From assembly GCA_964430885.1 (NCBI GenBank), contig CAYSHM010000018.1, positions 1-28,104 on the forward strand: a stretch of DNA of 28,104 bases, in the 5' to 3' direction. Position numbers and translations under genes: made by a program. The notes under the pieces are model-generated. The model saw nothing but the letters and a program-made list of their open reading frames with translations, made no database searches and was not told the origin of the DNA. This document shows, piece by piece, positions 26,801 through 28,104 of this stretch (its first letter is position 1; each line of letters opens with the position of its first letter). The DNA is from an uncultured archaeon (lineage in GTDB: Archaea > Thermoplasmatota > Penumbrarchaeia > JASLWR01).

Positions 26801-28104
26801 TGTTCCCTGATATGGTCCAGGGCTCCCTGGGATTCCTCAAGAGCGAATGAGGATTCAAGCTCTGCCCGGAATCTCTGGAACATCTCGATATGCTCTTCTG
26901 CATTGGGGAAATCGCTCACATCCAGGGCTTGGGATGCATTAAGTAAAAGGGACCTGAGCTTGCTCTGCTCTTCCCCGGTCCTCTCCTCGAATGAGGTAAG
27001 ATCGGCGTCAAGGGCGCTTATTATATCCACCAGCTTTCCTTTCTGCCGGCCAATGCCCTCTGTGATGGCTTCCTCCACTAGGTCTATGTTTTCATTCAGT
27101 ATTCGTACGGACTCCTCATAGCTCCTTCGGTCCATTGCGGGTTCCAACATCGCAAGCACCTGAACTGCGGAATCCACATCCAGTTCCATCTCTTTGGCGC
27201 GGTCCAGAGCATTGCTGAGTATCTCCTTTCTCTCATCAACAAGCTCCCTGTAGCGTTCGGCTATACTGTCCTGAACGGATATCTTCAGATGGGCAAGTTT
27301 TTCCATTGCTTTTTCTTTTTCACCCTGACTGTAATCCATCTTCATCTCTTCCAGTTCCTGATGGAACAAGGTAGGGTCCAGATCCAGTCCAAGGAACTCA
27401 TTGAAGAGAACTTCCAGCTCCTTCAAGGATGCCTCGTACCCACTTCTCTGATGCTTTCCCAGGGCATTTATTATACCTGCCCTCAGTTCACGGGCCTTTT
27501 GGATACCTAGTATGAAGTCCTCCCTTGAACCCTCCTTTATGTGAATTGCTATCTCCTTGAAAAGAGCCATCTCGCCATCGGCGGGCAGACCCTGGCCCCT
27601 GAGTCCACCTATCATTCCCTTTATCTCGACTATCAATTCCCTGGCGATCTCCTTCACCTCGGTTCCGAATATCTCATCCAGGGTAGTGTGAAGGGATTCG
27701 ATGGTATGTTCCAGGCCTATCAGTTGGCCTCTATCAATACTGCTTGAGATGGAAAAAAGATCATTCTCCAGAAGTGCGGTGTCCATGTCTATTCTCTTAA
27801 GGGATTGAATATCCATGTCCAGAGACTCCAGCTCCTCCATGAGCTCCTGGGCGTCGGCCCCCTGCGGCAATTCCGGCTCCTGAAGCGCTTCTTCCTCCGA
27901 CACATCGGGCAGTTGAGGGGGCGGACTGGGGAGGGGAGGCGGACTCAATCCAGGCGGTGTGGGAAGTTCAGGTTCCACGGGTATCGGCTCCTCTTCTGGC
28001 TGCGCCTCCGGCTCTGCGGCCTCGGGTTCTTCATGAACTTCGGGTTCAGCTGCTGCTTCCGGTTCTTCAGCAATTTCAGGCTGCACCTCAGGCTCTGCGG
28101 CCTC
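20836..28104 (-). CDS. Second giant alpha-helical repeat protein (more than 2422 aa, 5'-truncated by the window), paralog of 10466..20200, with C-terminal C4 zinc ribbon
   Basis: The frame stays open to base 28104 (EAAEPE precedes the GTG at 28086). Same repeat of about 66 aa. Shares KPYFSDKY, DLQSHYS, LAADID.ELK, SFRDL..RGIDL/SFRDL..KGIDL and FNSEA.L with the other giant. Ends in CPSC-x16-CPYC. Confidence 0.9.
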   Translation of the reverse strand, partial: EAAEPEVQPEIAEEPEAAAEPEVHEEPEAAEPEAQPEEEPIPVEPELPTPPGLSPPPLPSPPPQLPDVSEEEALQEPELPQGADAQELMEELESLDMDIQSLKRIDMDTALLENDLFSISSSIDRGQLIGLEHTIESLHTTLDEIFGTEVKEIARELIVEIKGMIGGLRGQGLPADGEMALFKEIAIHIKEGSREDFILGIQKARELRAGIINALGKHQRSGYEASLKELEVLFNEFLGLDLDPTLFHQELEEMKMDYSQGEKEKAMEKLAHLKISVQDSIAERYRELVDERKEILSNALDRAKEMELDVDSAVQVLAMLEPAMDRRSYEESVRILNENIDLVEEAITEGIGRQKGKLVDIISALDADLTSFEERTGEEQSKLRSLLLNASQALDVSDFPNAEEHIEMFQRFRAELESSFALEESQGALDHIREQTGRLLNLGIMNDVLKELTAHCQDQLSSGDNEAVRDALQRTREELDRTLSTKAKELALSNARRSKEMFASLKEKGQDVTEEKDLFKNILMKVKEGDYLTASEGTVEIIARFGAKEEEYERSELSKMLKEAEATFEDLSDKELDVSEARDLALKAKEGLDSSEDLASIREMLCQSLDICSGVRDQHEAETALAKIDEVGRFMDNNSELGIDTVQMREKLASARVLIEEGKLDEGTKLIRGAEDGFRDKRAVIMRARITELLAQADILFINAQQMGLDVSSERSTFDNAKLVLTAEKYSESLGLVNAVVQSLNAKITHQKAVSVISEFLSEKDDIKAEIDEMKELGLDMSAARGQFHLALKNAEEQDIRNFKQYRKRMVELVGVAKALQAKELSNQRTKDTAKLFKEVMAQGNDLSSNKEQLVMINDANKNEDYVLALKINRDLSSHLTQLQEPFILRVQKLIEETRGFITETVEVGLDITALANIMEDAQEFYNEGLYSRAERKLREAKEIAINAKKNFTRNRTDEVLDEVRALQDECSQKGIQINKWKVSTFIGKVSTLLKRRRYYNALSVAEEAKAYVADELRKHRRTGLEGDIEDISSLLEAGAGKELDITSELESFVMAKQLLQEGDLEGTSETLADLRARLLLFLNGVSEEDYQLDLGNLTTVIQKVKEQGIDVSDVPQNLMDVKVLSGEGRYYEAKLEVNSLADDLNGRMVDKTRSDILKDMSDARTRVKRHIRYIGNAETILENFDFTPLDIEKLQILITSAEDQMTEDQYQLAGESMDEFKSISREQWELLKEKIYPLIAEKYSVKVKVLEDLGLTTALARELIISGQEHIEEGDLDSYIEVQHHIEDILNDAESRIKEIIRQRLVVLKTSFRDLNARGIDLTRAREQFTSVQNAIKERDYMLAAQNMLTTQVTLEEEKGAFQKNFVESTMADAQELMSCISERSQVKEIRRRLYDTKRWYERDRFENAYMLAKELHTHIEQMKISSLKTKAEVDLKNTDAQVKELEASIGPAELEVQDIYNQLTQAKDSFQKQDYQGTMEILKHMAEGLSVLSDKNLKIRVERGLEHCGVLIQEEPEEVAPFDEMVQLLELARSDYQSGNMETAMDNLNAFRMKYIEFKRGGFLNFLEVISVSDQDVTIEGEEIRMLLDTLELTLSEKQYIAAMETTRECSELVEATRLKVTQMREYHQLYKETDLLMTLCRDNGIEVPEEIERDLGMAINHRENNKLDIAIELLRNVTRILGAKYNDQMSETAEERLITLEGKIKLEFGMLDEDTKTGMAETIESLESKTAYARKAFEEGNFRECIAFVDQAQELFASFRDDRSQLEAGELLSKARDQVKRSKDLGMDVFNSEAYLFKANNAYEEGNFDNTLRFAKIAYESALEAEMSAESGMIKEMLKTTELLVAQGEELGLDMDPVDLQLPRVEHLLEERVLQEARALIEDTRALAMDIIGHHQLSRLETRKAEIQSLIDLAGEENIDIEALRAEMGSIAALEEAKNYSDAMAKLDGIEEEISRKISTKNRDQVKDKLDSAFKSYEQFKVESGEAFSDLEEILQRVLDHFTNGEYDITEEQLELFYHMRQTKSLDLAKDRYKEIVDDHEDRMLTFEGLNMDVSVGKELLYRIKGFVNEGEFGKAEDDIHELNKYLDEDLPAQVQVRAQDNLDELNTMMEKLRSSEIVLDRFENDFTDLLTSMDNRKFMVAFIKSTKLKEEIYGILNSAKRERLYSRLKEVEDFYLKVRSKPYFSDKYKEIMKRALEDLQSHYSNAEWAAMEEKFAAMDKVMEELRGRMVDQDKVQEMLRNVEKAIETAENLAADIDDELKVKKTAEKLISEDKGERAMTQLRNILVKVKKKINKRRREISLGVLEEAEYEFTEKRDRMDQSDIHFAQELLLESKQGINEEKFEESIRSSRKLEKFLDGVRLKTEPDRRPEPKKERKGPMRMKIACPSCRKPFAALVETVPAAVACPYCGKRALIKTM
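27870..28104 (-). repeat. Pro/Glu/Ala-rich repetitive linker with a proline-rich tract
   Basis: EAAEPEVQ / EAAAEPEVH / EAAEPEAQ units, with the DNA repeat GGCTCTGCGGCCTC near 28010 and 28091, followed by PTPPGLSPPPLPSPPPQLP. Confidence 0.8.

Noticed and set aside
10430-27747. Many 60-320 aa ORFs, mostly plus-strand, inside the giant genes (e.g. 14753..15712, 17792..18646)
   Set aside because: Their Ser/Leu-rich translations are the mirror image of Glu/Lys/Asp codons on the coding strand. There is no independent evidence that they are genes.
28084-28086. GTG at 28086 as the start of the second giant gene
   Set aside because: The frame is open to the window edge, the upstream codons continue the same EAAEPE repeat, and no RBS is visible.
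10466-28104. SMC/Rad50 or phage tape-measure annotation for the giant proteins
   Set aside because: No Walker A/B or signature motifs, no hinge or central zinc hook, and no phage structural genes nearby. The periodicity fits short helical bundles rather than a continuous coiled coil.

Overview
This looks like an archaeal window, most likely Thermoplasmatota-like. That is an inference from a PGF-CTERM sorting signal, a BRE/TATA promoter, GGTGA-type ribosome-binding sites and giant helical-repeat proteins ending in zinc ribbons. From left to right: (1) an AT-rich segment with an integron-integrase-like tyrosine recombinase that lacks the IntI insertion, followed by an attC-like hairpin; (2) a secreted, PGF-CTERM-anchored metallophosphoesterase; (3) a minus-strand cluster of class II fba, a PfkA-family phosphofructokinase with a PPi-type signature, and an AlkD-like gene, with three covarying 22-bp palindromes between fba and pfk; (4) a membrane-anchored transglutaminase/PNGase-like Ig-repeat protein; (5) two tandem, colinear, paralogous giant alpha-helical repeat proteins (about 3244 aa, and more than 2422 aa with the second truncated by the window edge), both ending in a C4 zinc ribbon. 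No rRNA, tRNA or CRISPR array was recognised. All calls come from reading motifs by eye; no searches were run.
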